NCBI GenBank assembly: GCA_051362555.1 | Contig: CM120645.1 | Coordinates: forward strand, 18,662,001 to 18,726,000 | Origin: Lingula anatina | Taxonomy: Eukaryota > Animalia > Brachiopoda | Reading direction: 5' to 3' | Length of the DNA stretch: 64,000 nucleotides | Part shown: in pieces, positions 39,102-52,400 of the stretch | Layout: each line of letters begins with the position of its first letter | Numbering within the stretch: position 1 is the first letter of the stretch | Program-made: the position numbers and the translations under genes | Notes under the pieces: generated by a model | Told to the model about the DNA's origin: nothing | The model's input: the letters and a program-made list of their open reading frames with translations, nothing else | Databases searched by the model: none

Positions 39102-42100
39102 ATGGAATACGCACTCAGTGCTTGGTATGCATTTTGTCTTCTAAGCGTCATTGGTTTATTTGTGCACTACCTGTTGGTAAGTGACCTGCAACGTGAACAT
39201 CCATTGGCGCCCCATGTCAGCCGTTTCCACGACACTTTACCACCCTATCCAAGATTCTATCGTGTATTGCAGGAGGGCAATGTAACAAACCTCAACGCTT
39301 CACTGTGTGACGTTAACACACTCGATGGACTTCACGCCTTCTCAGACCTCTACCTAGAGTGGATTTTATCCGGAACCAGAAAACCACTGACAAACTCTTG
39401 CACTTCGTCGATCAGCCCCACTTTTAATACACATGATAATCTTATCATACGGTTTTATAAAGCATATAACAAACTAATACGGACACAGCAACATTTAAGT
39501 GAAGCTTCTCACGTCAAGAGATTGGAAAACGGAATTGGCTGCGAAGCAAGGCGAAGCTTTATGAACCGGCGAGCTCTTTCTCATGGAATGCATAAGTTAG
39601 CATATGGCGCCATGTACCATGACCGAGAAGTGGTGGTTAAAACGCCGTTTATGTTCAGCAAGTTTTCGAAGAAATGCTTGTTGCTTGAGAGAAAATCGCT
39701 ACCCGCGTGTTATGCAGCAGTGGCTTGGTGTTTCGTACAGGAAATTTGGATTCATCAAATATTACACCACACAAACATCATAAAGGTAGGTTTGAGTAGT
39801 AATTGCAACTAATTATCGATTGGACCTGCAAGTGCTTGAATGGCACCAACACATAGCCACTGATGGCCATCGTATCAGCCGACATTCATTGTAAGGTGTA
39901 CAGGTTCATCGAGGAGGCTGAGATTTCAGGGGGCGTTGGTGAACAAAATTAAATATTAATATCATTTATACAGTAGGTGAACATACAGGACGGCTTGCTG
40001 TCAGTCTAACAACCAAAAGACAATAAATTGACAAACCCCAGACATAATTGGCGTTAATTAATCTAACTGTGTGTTAATTGCTTGCAAAATCGACGTGCTA
40101 AATGCCCTGAGCTACCTCCCAGAACAAGTGGCCCCATTTATCATACTATGTACGTTTAAGTATATTGCATTTTCAATGTTAACTTTTAGTTACTGGGCTA
40201 CTGCATACCCAACACACTGTTTGATGGTACTGTAGACACGACGGTTACCATGGTAACTGAAATGGGGATACCTCTCAACCTGTCAAACACGACATGGGAC
40301 CAGAAACTAAAGGTACTGTAACTCAAATATACAGAAACTATAAGTAACTGCAGGTACATGTAAATACAGGTAACTTTAATCCTTTGAGAATAAAACGAAG
40401 GGACTGGAATAGCAGGACAAGATCAAAGGCTAATAGGCCTAGTGCATTTCCTCAGCAGAGCCAAATCCGTACAGATCACGAAACTTCAGGTAGCGTGCAG
40501 GTAGAGCACGATCGCTGACTTTTTATGCCATTAACCTAGTTCTATGTAGATCGCATGAGGCAGTTCTCCGGGTGATTGGGACAACAAACATATAGGGGTC
40601 AAACGTGCGTATATTTTAATGTTTTGTCGTGAAAGAATTCAAAATGCCCAATATTCCGAGGTCAATCGTGCCTGTCGTCGTCAAATGAGGTTACAAATTT
40701 GTATTTATATTTGTTATTACACTTCACTCATTCGTAAGCTTCCGAGGATTCCCAAGGATGTGGGCCTTGGAGTTGACTCCCCAACAGTTCCTTGGATAAT
40801 GTCATTCTTCGATACATGCAGATACTATGGGAGAGAAAATTAACAGCAACATACAATCCTTGCAGAACACTGATTACCATTACGGCCATAAAAATCATTT
40901 TAGTGAAATGAAATTAGATACAAAACTGCTCTGTTGACTTAGACACGGTGTCCCAATTATTAGCAGATTTTACACATAAAGTGAATTTATTTTTTATTCT
41001 ATAAGAAATGAAAACTATTTCTAATATTACTAAATGCGAAATTTTGGAATTTAAAAGCTGTTCATTTATATTATGGACAGAAAAATTTGTCCCGTATGTA
41101 AAAGTCATAAGTAATGAAAAACACTTTATATCACAACTCGGCAATTAATCAATGAAAATAATTAAGTTTATGCCATTATATTCTTCAATGTATATTACAT
41201 TGTCAACTAAGAAGTAACCACAGGTAACACAAATGTACAGAAACTACAAGTAACTACAGGTAACGAAATGTAAAGAAACGTAGGCTACTAGTTTCAGCGG
41301 CAACTTCCACCTGTCATTACTGCGGCATAAGTACCCACAGAAGTCAAGCTCGTCCCGATGTTTATATAGAATATAATACGAAAGGAGAAGCCCATCTTTG
41401 GTCCCGCTTATCTCGATTGCAGTGAATACTCGTACTGTGACACCGTGTACAAACGACCCATGAACTCTTGGACAATGTCGAGAAAGTGCCAAATTCTTGC
41501 AACTGCCACCATTTTACGGCTTTTGACGACGATTTCGGAACGCAGTTTTACAAGTGAACGCTATGAAGTGGGATTTTTCTTTAAAGATTTTTCTTTGACA
41601 TATTGTGCATAAATCTAACTTTATGTATACTTATAGAAAATATACATGTGTGTGTGGGGGTTATATCAATAAATGTGGAAAGGTGAATTAATGACAGCAT
41701 TCAAAATAGATTGAAAATCTGCTCTCCTACTTCTGCCACCCGGAATGTTGTGTACGAGAAAGTATTGTAAATGTAAAATTCTAGGCACTTTTATTTTAAT
41801 ACCGTAAAAACCAATGCATTTTTTTACAAGATGTGCAGCTAGTAACTAGTAACTCTTACAGCAGGTCTCCACCAGGATGGACGGAGTCGGTAGACAGTCG
41901 CTGAAATGATGTGGTTACATGTATTTGGAGAAGAACACTGTAAATAGAAATTACGTATTATACAGAGTTACCGTGCGCATTGTGCCCCGGCCTATTCCAT
42001 GATCGGTATACAAAGAATTGCGTGCAGTGTTCTATCGCGATTTTCTTTGTTGATGTAATAAAGTAATGTATTCTGTGAAATTTGAAATTTTCATTTTTTC

Positions 42101-43160
42101 ATATTTTGCATTGAAATTGTGTGACATTAAAATCCCAAGGGACTGAAGCCCAATGCTAGTTACGTTTTCTGAATGTTCATGCTACGTATAGTACACAATT
42201 AAAATTTGGTGGGGATTTAGATATCATGTAACATTGCATCAAAATTGACCAAAAGACTATATTGAGTACTTGCATCATCATTTTCTGCTTTGTTTCTGTA
42301 CATTTGTTTATAGATCAGTTATGAAGTGGCGGAACTAATGGACTTTGCTCGCCAACATCCAAACGGCTCCGTAGAAATGCGAGACTTTAATATGGGCCAG
42401 TTCGTTATGGTGAACAACACTGTAAAGCTCGTGGATATGGCGTCTTTTAGAATAGGAGAAATGTATTGTCACAACATGGATGACTGTGCCGCAAAACAAG
42501 GGCCTCCAAAGAAGAGAGCATTAAGGTATACAGTGCATGTACATGTAGATCGTTCTTCATCTTTTGATGTGTGTATCAGTTTACTAGACTTTACATTTGA
42601 AGTCAGAAATACACATATACCAGTTACATGTTCTCTATGCATGTTTTTTTTTATTTATTTATTTATTTATTTTTTTTTACAATATTTTAATTATTTGTAA
42701 ACCTTACTACTACTTGGGATACGTTGCAATAAAATCAAAAACCTTCTTTAACATTTTATTAAAATTAATCTTTAACATTTTCTTTAGTCTAATATTATGT
42801 CAAAAAACTACATTTAAACCTTATTTATATAATGTAGACTTAAATAAAACTTTCAAAATTAGCTATAATAGTATATGCTTTATTATTCCAAGTTTTATAT
42901 GACAAATACATGTTAATTTCCACCAAGTTATACGCTTATTTGCGTTTGTGGTTTCCAGGGTGCCATGCGTGAATGGTTCTTGTGTAGGACTGAATGAGAA
43001 ACTAAATGTATGGGCGTACAACTCTCGTCTGCTAAGGGAATATATTCTACCGGACGCTCCACTCATCTTCAGAAGGAGGCTGAACAACATAGTACAAAAA
43101 GCCGACAAAGGGGAAGTTGGAATCGAGGTTATAAAAGATATACTGAGGAGAATGAAATGA
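39102..43160 (+). CDS. PKDCC: PKDCC/VLK-family extracellular tyrosine kinase-like, copy 2 (406 aa)
   Basis: Exons 39102-39785, 40190-40312, 42314-42525, 42959-43160; first three are the same lengths as in copy 1 (684/123/212 nt). Motifs VVVK, QE, GSVEMRDFNMGQF, VDM, NEKLN. Symbol is family-level only. Confidence 0.87.
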
Positions 43161-46100
43161 TGTTAGTCAGGCATTATCAACAGCTTCAAAACACTGATAG
43201 ACAATAACAAGTTTTTTTCATTACTGAAAAATAATACAAACAGCTTGCATATAGCGCAAGAAGTAATAACTGAGCACATCCTAACATTTATGTGAACCCT
43301 CCCTAGCGAGTCCCGAAGGTTAGGGCGAAAAAACGAAGTTATCTACAAATATGCATTTTGTCTCTGTTAATTTCTTCGCTTTTCCGGGAACATATTATAT
43401 GACCTGCATTGTGGGAGGTGAAAAAGCAGCACATCTGCTGCAATTCTTGACTAAGTGAGACATTTATTTATGGTAACTCCCTTGTCTTGTCTTGCCTTGC
43501 CTTGCATTTCCCTTCCCATGCCTTAAAACACCAAGAGAGCAAATGCAAATAAATATATAACGTTAGTACATTAAAGATACATATAAACCGAGCCTTCTAC
43601 TAGTTTTCTATACGATTAAACAAAGTCGACATGCCATGTTATAAACCAGATTGAACTCTCGTTCAGCCAAAAGAAAAAGCTATAAAACTGCACCTTCTTC
43701 AAATATTTGGTCGTAAATTGGCCTATATAATATATCTGGCCCTCCAGTAAATAAAGGTCCGCTAATTGACGTAGTACTGCGCGTGCATTGCATAATCAGC
43801 ACTCGTACTCCCATTTTTATGGATGTGTAGTACATGTAGTTACATGTACATACTTATTCAAATAAGACTGCTGAGGAAAGTTTATAGCACAGAAGGAAAG
43901 TAGAAAAATCCAAACACATATTATTTTTCGGAAAATATGAAACGATGTCCTGTGATATTTCTCTAAGTTTTACTATCTGAAACTATATGGTCGCGTTTGG
44001 TTGGGTTTGTGGGAAAATTTGATATAAGTATTACATGTATATGTACATGTGCATCGTAACTCCTCCTCTGCTCGGCCCACCTAACACAATACACAGCGCT
44101 GAGTTTGTGTCGGACTCAATGCACTAGTGGAGTTAGTCAGTAGAAGGAGTTATTAAATTTTGAAACTGGTTAGCGTCATACTGCACAGACAAGTTTTGTT
44201 AAAAAAACACTTATTGTTAAAACAATATTCTATAATTCCTGACCGTGTACGTAGCTTTCATTGACGAGACGTCGTGCTTTTCGCTCCACACGAATAATCT
44301 ATGATGATGATGCCTTTGAAAAGGTAACAGTGTTGAAAAGGGTTTATCAACTTAAGATTTACAACAGATGCATACTGCACTCATCATTTATCATTTGTCC
44401 AAGGAGCATTTAAAGGACAGGATTTGAATCTGATGAAAAAAATAGATTTATTGTGAAAAGAACTCCGCATATCTGAGCTTTTGGCGAATAGATTCCGCTT
44501 ACCCATAAGATTCCACATACGATGGGCAACATCACGCAACCCCTAACCCGTAACTCGGTAGCAAGGTATTCTCAGACGATAAACGTACTTATTTCTCATT
44601 CCCGTGTATTGTGACGCTACCATCCACAAACTTCGTATCAGTCATCCACATTTGACTTTTTAATCCCGAAGATTGTGACAACGCTGCACTTTCTTCGGAT
44701 ATCTTGACATTTGTTCGGGAATTAATGAGCGACTTGATATGATTTGTTGAAGTAGGGTTATGCGTGTGATAACGGTACATATACCAGTATGATGGCTGCA
44801 TTTTACCGTCACATAAGACACATCTGTGGTAGTGACTGCCCCATGTCCTGTTGATATGCTTGAAAGGGGGAGTGAGGAAGGAGTTACACTATATGTTGGT
44901 GGAGAATGCAAATACGGAAGTCTGTGCATTTAGACGTATTTGTATGTGTGCATTTAGGTGCATTTGTATGAGTGACAGGCTGCATGTGTGTGTGCGCGCA
45001 AATATTTGTGTATGCTTTTGCGCGCGTATATATAGGTACCTAGCAAACACAGAACGTAAATATAACGTTATCATAACGTTTATATAACCAAAAAATGGTA
45101 TTGTCACGCTGGGTACGTTTGGGTGTATACGACTAGAAGGGTGCGTTTCTGGTATGAGCTATGGGTGCGGATTAACAAGAATATATAGCTGGAGGTTTCG
45201 GGAGACATTTCACTTAAATTAAATTTATTGACATACCAAGCTCTATTGCAAAATACATGTACTATTCTCTGCTCCGAAATTGTTGAAATGAAAAATCAGG
45301 GCGAGCAAAGAATGCTCATTGCTCTCCTACATGTATATACAGAGACAAATACAAAATGATGATTATACATTACATAATGATCACATATTTTATAACAACA
45401 TATATAGTAAAAGTCAACTTTTTTGGGGTGGTGTATTGAAAAAGAATTTCTGTTATCAGCATTTCATCCAGTAAGTACATATTTGGTGACAGGTAGCTGA
45501 TGGCAGTCACCGTCAGCACTTCAAAACGCAGGGCGACATTCGTGTTTGTATTTTTAAAAGCGTTCTTAGGAGAAACAGTGCAGCGCATACTACACAACAG
45601 CTGGACACATGTTATCAAAACGTGAGCCTTAAACTGCTACTATTATGTAGAATTCAATAAAATATTTCCCCCTATTACAAAATACGAACACAAAATTCGT
45701 TTCTGGCCAACGGAGAGGGCCATTATTATCTAAATCCCAAACAGTGTTAAGAGCCGTGGTGGTTTGCTTAGTTAAAAGGTGTATTGTCTATTATTGACAA
45801 AGTTCACTTCTGTAAGAAGTAGGCAAATATCGGAAGTTTCTATTAAACTTTCCGATATCGTCTTTCCGCTTATTTTTGTTTCACGAAAATCTTACAGACA
45901 AAATATCTGGTGGGGGTTTTCTCTTTTTTCCCTTATCATTTTTTTTCAAAAGGAAGCATAGAATATTCTTAGCATATTAAATTTTCACATTGGACACGGT
46001 ATCTAGTGTGGTCTTTTTTTTTTTATAAACGTTATTATCCATTAAAAATACATCATCAGGGCCATGTTGGAATTAAATGAGGCCTGTGATATTAGCCATA

Positions 46101-46188
46101 TCATGAAGGATAAGTATTCCACGCTGAGTTCCAATAGATCGATGGGTGCCATGGACGGTATTGGGAATTCGGCAGGCAAAATACAGCC

Positions 46189-46551
46189 TGACGTCACTTA
46201 ACGCTGGTTACTGGCGGATGTGGACAACACATGAAATATTGATACGAGTTATGGAGAAGAAGATCGATTGTTATAGAATCTTGTTGGGGCGCCCTGTTAT
46301 TACCTGGTATTAGGTTCTTGATATTGTTTCAAAATGAGATTTCGTTCTTATTTTGTAATTGCCAGAAAAATGACAGAGAGAGAATGAGAGAAAGAGAGAA
46401 AGAGAGTGAGAGAGCAGGATGGCCAATTGCCAACATTAAACATGTGACTATTTTACTTAAAACAAAAAATTGATCTGAACGAGCGGTAAGAAATAGGTAA
46501 TTTGTCCTTGACGACACTCTCAATCGAATTGCTAGTCAACACATGACGTCA
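46189..46551. promoter_or_regulatory. Two palindromic CRE sites (TGACGTCA) and an adjacent RFX X-box-like motif upstream of the CNBD gene
   Basis: TGACGTCA at 46189-46196 and 46544-46551; attgctagtcaac at 46528-46540. Function is inferred and the TSS is unknown. Confidence 0.35.
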
Positions 46552-46890
46552 TCACTAGTTCTCGCCCAGCCTTCGATCATCCTTGATTTCCACAACTATG
46601 AGCACACGTACTCTTGTTTAAGTAAAGTTTCGGGATATGAGCACACCACTTTATATTTGTATAGTCATGTTGATAGTAAACAACGGGGATATTGGGCCCG
46701 TCGTTAGTGTATAGACAGCGACACAACGTTAACAGATGAAGAAAAGGTAAATTTGCCTAATAACGACAGGGATAAAAAGATGGTGTTTTACCGCCAAAAA
46801 GCGGTAAACATCACAATTTACTCACCGAAAGAAGTGGAGGGATTTTATTTCACCTGATCATATTAACCTTTGTTTAAAAATTGACAAACA

Positions 46891-49420
46891 ATGCCGTCGA
46901 AGTCCCTAACTGAAGAAGGGTTGGGGCCCATCAAGGACGCTCATGACACGACCACTGCCAAATTTTATGCCGGAGAAACCAATACATCTTCACCAAGCTT
47001 AAATATCGTCAGAGAGCAAAACAACGGAGATCGACAAATAGCCGAAGAAAAAAATGCTGGAAATCTGAACGTCACTTTTTGCATCCCTACAGACAAACCA
47101 GAAAAGAGTCCACGTCGGGGAAGTTTGACACCTCGGGGGAGTAACAGGAGGCTCTCTGTATATGACGAACAGGACAACGGAACGCCTGCCAGTCCCCGTC
47201 GTCTGTCTGTCGTTAACGGGACCACTAATTTCCGAAAGGAGTCCATTGATGCATCTTTGGTCAGCAGGTATAAATTAGACAAAAAGCAGTCCGGCAGGTT
47301 ATCGTGGAGTTCCATCCTCAAAAGCGTTGGTGTTGACAAACGCCGTGGATCCACACAGACATCGGACAGTTCGGAGATACACAGTAAAAGAGGCAGTTTA
47401 ACCCCCAGTTCTACAATGCCTCTCCTACACGGACGCAGGGGGTCGGCGATCTTGAGAGGGAGCACCCCGGGGAGACGCAGACGGTCGTCAGGGGATAGCA
47501 CTGCATCACTTACCACTGGGGTATCACCGCGACCGCGAAATCCAAATGTTGACGGGGTAAGTACAGATGCATTTTATAATTGATATTTGAATATATTGAC
47601 GATAAATCAGCCTTATGTTTTACTTATAGACTAAAGCTCTAATAAAAAAAATGTTTTATCATCCTATGTAGAAACTTTATTCTTTCATAATATGGATATA
47701 TTCATATCTTGTAAAATCTTTGTTGCGATATTTCTGCATTCATTTTTATTTCTGTTTAACCAATCATTACATACTTGGCGTTTTTAAATCATTCATCGAA
47801 ATGCAATGAAAGTGTCCTTTAATAATACTCACATTCTGCATTAACCGAAAGATAATTTTTCATAAATGCTATATGACAAATATGGGAAGATAATAAAGGT
47901 GCGGCAAGTAGCGATATCAGGGAACATTATCAAAAAGTGAATATTAAAATGATTGAAAATTTTGTCAATTCATTATATCTAGTGGCAGTGATCATGAAAT
48001 GTTCATATTTAAATGTTTACAGATTCAACTTTTTCGCTTTTAAGAATAATAGAAAAATATCCGCATTTCCCTTTATAAAAACCTACACTTTACTTTCTTG
48101 TATGTGCTCGACTTTGATGTATCTCTAACATTTTGCGTTCAATGTGATCCTAATAACGGCACGCCATATATAGACACGTAGTTATGCTTAATATCGTCTT
48201 GTTCGGTGGTTATTAGACAGGCGAGTAGCTGGATCCAATAATCTAAACTCTTCTGTAGCTTTAACTTACACAGTGTCGATACTGTTATTGTATTGGTCTT
48301 TGGAAAAAGAAAGTAGCAATTAATTGTAGAGGGCAAGATATTGATGACCCTGCTGTTCAATGTACATGTTTTGAGGTATGGATTAATCGGTAGAAAGACA
48401 CTGCGAAAGCTAATGCTTTCAACATGGATTTTTTTGTAATGCACAAAGATACCTTCTTCGACTTATGCTAATATAAAAAATGCCTGAAGGTCATTTTTTT
48501 AACGTTCTGTCTCTCCACGTAGATTTACTTGTAGTTATAAACAGTAGATATCGCTCTATAATTATTCTAGTGTGTGTGTGTGTGTGTGCGTGTGTGCGTG
48601 CGTGCGTGTGTGTGACTGGGGGTAGGTGGAAAGGGAAAGGTAAGTTTTGACTAAAAATGATACCAACTAATTTTACTGAACTTGGGATTTATTACGCTGT
48701 CCCAGAGAGTCTTGGGCTTCGTAGCCACGTAAACAAATCGCTTGAATCAACAGACTTTTTTATTATTCGCCCTCTCCACGTAGTTAAGAATATTTTAATT
48801 GATCACGCTTAAACAACATAATATGGCCTCCCGCAAAATAAACCCAAAATCTACACAGGTATTTGAGTGGATATTGACGTCTGTGTATTTAGATAGTGTA
48901 GTTTCCTCTGTTTTTAAAAGGGGTCAATTGACTCGTTTTGTTTCTGAAACAATTTCTTGGGTAATATTTATTCTCCATCAATCACGTTACCGTCTTATAA
49001 AAAGGTGTGTCATTCAATCATTTGTGTTGCTAAGAATATCGATATCGCTTCTGATGTTTACTCCCCCTAGGAGAGCGAATCGTCACAATAGTTACGCAAG
49101 ATTAGAGACATTAAGTCGTTCTTTAAATCCTGTATTTCTGCTCACAGTTAGAATGAAAAGAATATCTATTAGAATGACTCGACTTGTACTCAGGCGTCCT
49201 GAAAAATATGTTTTATTTACATACGAATTAAACGCGTCCACCTTTATAACAAGCGTATCATGCGGTACATGTACATGTATACTAGTAATGTTATTACTTA
49301 TTTCCAGGAAAAGCTGCTGAAGAAGTTCAAATTTTGGGTCAAGACTTGCATCACGTGGAAACGCATGCATCAGAATTATCTGAAATCGTTGTAAGTTATT
49401 TTCTCTTTCTCACACACACA

Positions 49421-49451
<31 letters not shown>

Positions 49452-52400
49452 GCTCGTGCTTTGGGTTTTGATTTAAAACATGAATCGACGCCAACGTTGA
49501 GATAAGTCAATAGGTGAAATCTTCAATGGAATTACATGAAAAGAGCTATGTTTAGCAGGCACGACCATTCATCCAGGAATTTTACGGAAGACCTTCATTG
49601 TTCTCCAGGACACAATTACAGTGCAGTAAATATTGTCTCAGCGATGAGAAAAAAACTCCAACGTGGAGATTCAATGCGTAATCCTATATTGCCATATTTG
49701 CACCTCACCTACAAAATGTCATGCAGCCCATCGTTAATGTCATCGCTGTCTGTGTTTGATTTACCAAACCCCTCTGCGTTCACATTAGTTGAACAGTAGT
49801 TTTAAACCACGGAATTATTGTAGCCAAGTAATAGTCAATGACACCATCTTCCCAATGGTTCTGGGGTTGTGCATTACATTCTATCCATCTGGATAGCTGA
49901 CAAATCAACTGTGCTTGACTACTTGACTACACGCTATGAACCTGGGTTGATGTGCCGTGTTCAACATTTCCTCGCCAGGGGTACGATTTTAGCTGTGATC
50001 AAACAACTCTGCTTTAGACCGAAACAAACATTGCCCCTGCTGCTGATCTTGGGACCTGTTTAACAAAAAAAGTTAGTTTTTGAACTTAAATCTTAGTCTA
50101 CCAATTATAAGTCAAAGCTAAGCTGCGTTTTACCAAGTTCATGTATCTTAAGGGTCGCTTATCTCGTTTATTGGGTCTTTTAGCTAAGCCCTTAAGCAAT
50201 TTATGATTATTTTGACGTAGATTTTTACTTTCATAGGTGATAGTAGCTATTTAGGTGTGTCAAATACATTTATTGCAGGCCAATAGTTCCTAAGAGCCCT
50301 GAGACCAATATTGAAATGTTAACTTTTCGAAGTTGCGTTCCATGTTTTAAAAGCCCAACAGTTGCCAACTCTACGCAGTAACGCGTATCCTCGCCCTATC
50401 CTACAGACTCACATTGTTTACATGTGTCATTGTATTATTAATATGACGTTAGACAATGGATAAAGGTATTTTGAGTATTGTGATGCTGGCAACTGTAGTC
50501 TAAGCATAGCTCAAGACTCTTTGTGAAATAGATCCCTGAGGCCTGTCTCGTATAAAGTCTTCGTCACTTAGACGGCCGCTCATAATATAAAGGGTTTGTT
50601 TGATGTATCTCCATTTACCAGTCACATTTACCAGTCACATCAGAAGAACGGTTGTTTGCGATCGTAATTCAGCTGCCTGATACCGCGACTGTAGCCATCT
50701 TCCGATCCAGTAAATCTCTGGTGTAAACGCATCTAGAACGAGTCAAGATAAAAAAAAAGTCTAATAAGTTAACAGCAGCCCGCAGCAATGTTCAACCAGT
50801 AATCCTCTTTGTTATATTTGCTAACCGCATGCACAATTTCATTCCATACTTATCAACCACTTTTGGGATAATAAAGTTGCACATTGAAGTAATAGGAAAA
50901 TCATTAGGCGTGTTGGGATTGACAGATCTAGGAATTGAAAACAAGGGTGGCGGGAATACTTCCTCCGCACCCTTGTTGCTTAAATTTTTTGGGAAAACCA
51001 TGTTATTTAAAGTATTTTGCGGTAAGCAGATTGGGTCTTTTCTTCTTTTACTATGTGGCTTATTTTTGGGGCGAAAAGAAGGCGAAAGACTGACCATTCA
51101 CACTTAGGACAATGGAGAATTCAAGAAAATACCACACTCTAGATACTTTACATCAACACGCTGTCACACTTAAACACATCGTTACACCCAACACATTGTC
51201 ACACCTAACACACTGACCACATTTACAGTCCGCCAAGCATGAACTTGGACTGTTTTTTCAGTGACAGCGCCAATAACAGTCAGTTTGGTGAACAATTGAT
51301 GGTGATCGACCAGGCAGCTGCTCTAGGCATCGATAAAAAAGACACCTTTGATCCCTCAGACTTTAAAGCAAACAGACAGGTGGGTACTGTTTATATTTCT
51401 TTCTTTTATTTTCTTTTTTCCTTGAGACCACCGTCCTCTTGAAAGAGGAGCAGAGCTAATATAGTTACAGTAGCCAAACACACGTACCTCACTTATGGAG
51501 ATATTTTCACCAGAGTTAATCATGGGGACATTGCACCTCTGTGTAACCACCACTTATCATATGTGGTGGTGAAAACAATTAATGAGTGAAATGTAACTCT
51601 CCATATCAAATTCACGTGGTAGGTGAGGTTCATGACAGTGGAAATGAAAGCTACGAAGTGACTGAACCTTAGACTGCATTCCCACAGATTTAGATCGATC
51701 CATCTGGATCGACCAAACCCCCTGGGTGATCATGCTAAATTGCTGTCAGCTCAAGAGGCTTAAATGTCTGTCACGCCTACCGAATTAGCTAGGGTAAAGA
51801 TAATTACCCCCTAACAGCTTTACTAGGCGTGACAGACATTTAAGCCGACCAAGTTGACAGCAATTTAGTGAGACTCCCCTGGGGGATAGATCGATCTAAA
51901 TATCTGTGGGAATGGTCTCTTAGATCAGTAAGCTCAGCTTAAAATTTAGCGAGTGCGCCAGATTTTTTCTTCTTGTCCTTGTGTATTAGTGTGGAATAAC
52001 TGACATTAAATCATTAACACTTGGAACATTATGAGGCTGAGATGGACAAACAAGGATAAATCAGCATGGATGAATAACAACAAAACCTTTTGTCATTATC
52101 ACCCAAAATAAATCAGTAAATGACTTTCGACCGTACTTTCCTTGGCGTTTTCTATCGATCGACTGAAAGTTAAACATCAGCTAATTGCTTGATATATTAT
52201 TATATTTGATAAGTATAAATATTTAAGTGTCGGGCCTTTCGCTAGTATTTATTCTTCATAGTATTTGCTACTTCGTAATTGCAGCTTCGACTGTCTACGG
52301 AAGCAAAACGAATTTTAACAAAACGACCAGAAGAAAGGACACAAGAAGAATTAACGTATGTAAGTGGGCACTTTTGTACTACGCACTGCACTTCTTTCTC

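Noticed and set aside
44260-44930. Possible upstream UTR exon (donor near 44323), C/D-box-like words and small - strand ORFs
   Set aside because: Individually weak signals with no supporting structure or homology.
49071-49091. Acceptor-like ctccccctAG as CNBD exon 2
   Set aside because: In-frame stop after 6 codons; the acceptor at 49307 gives a continuous frame.
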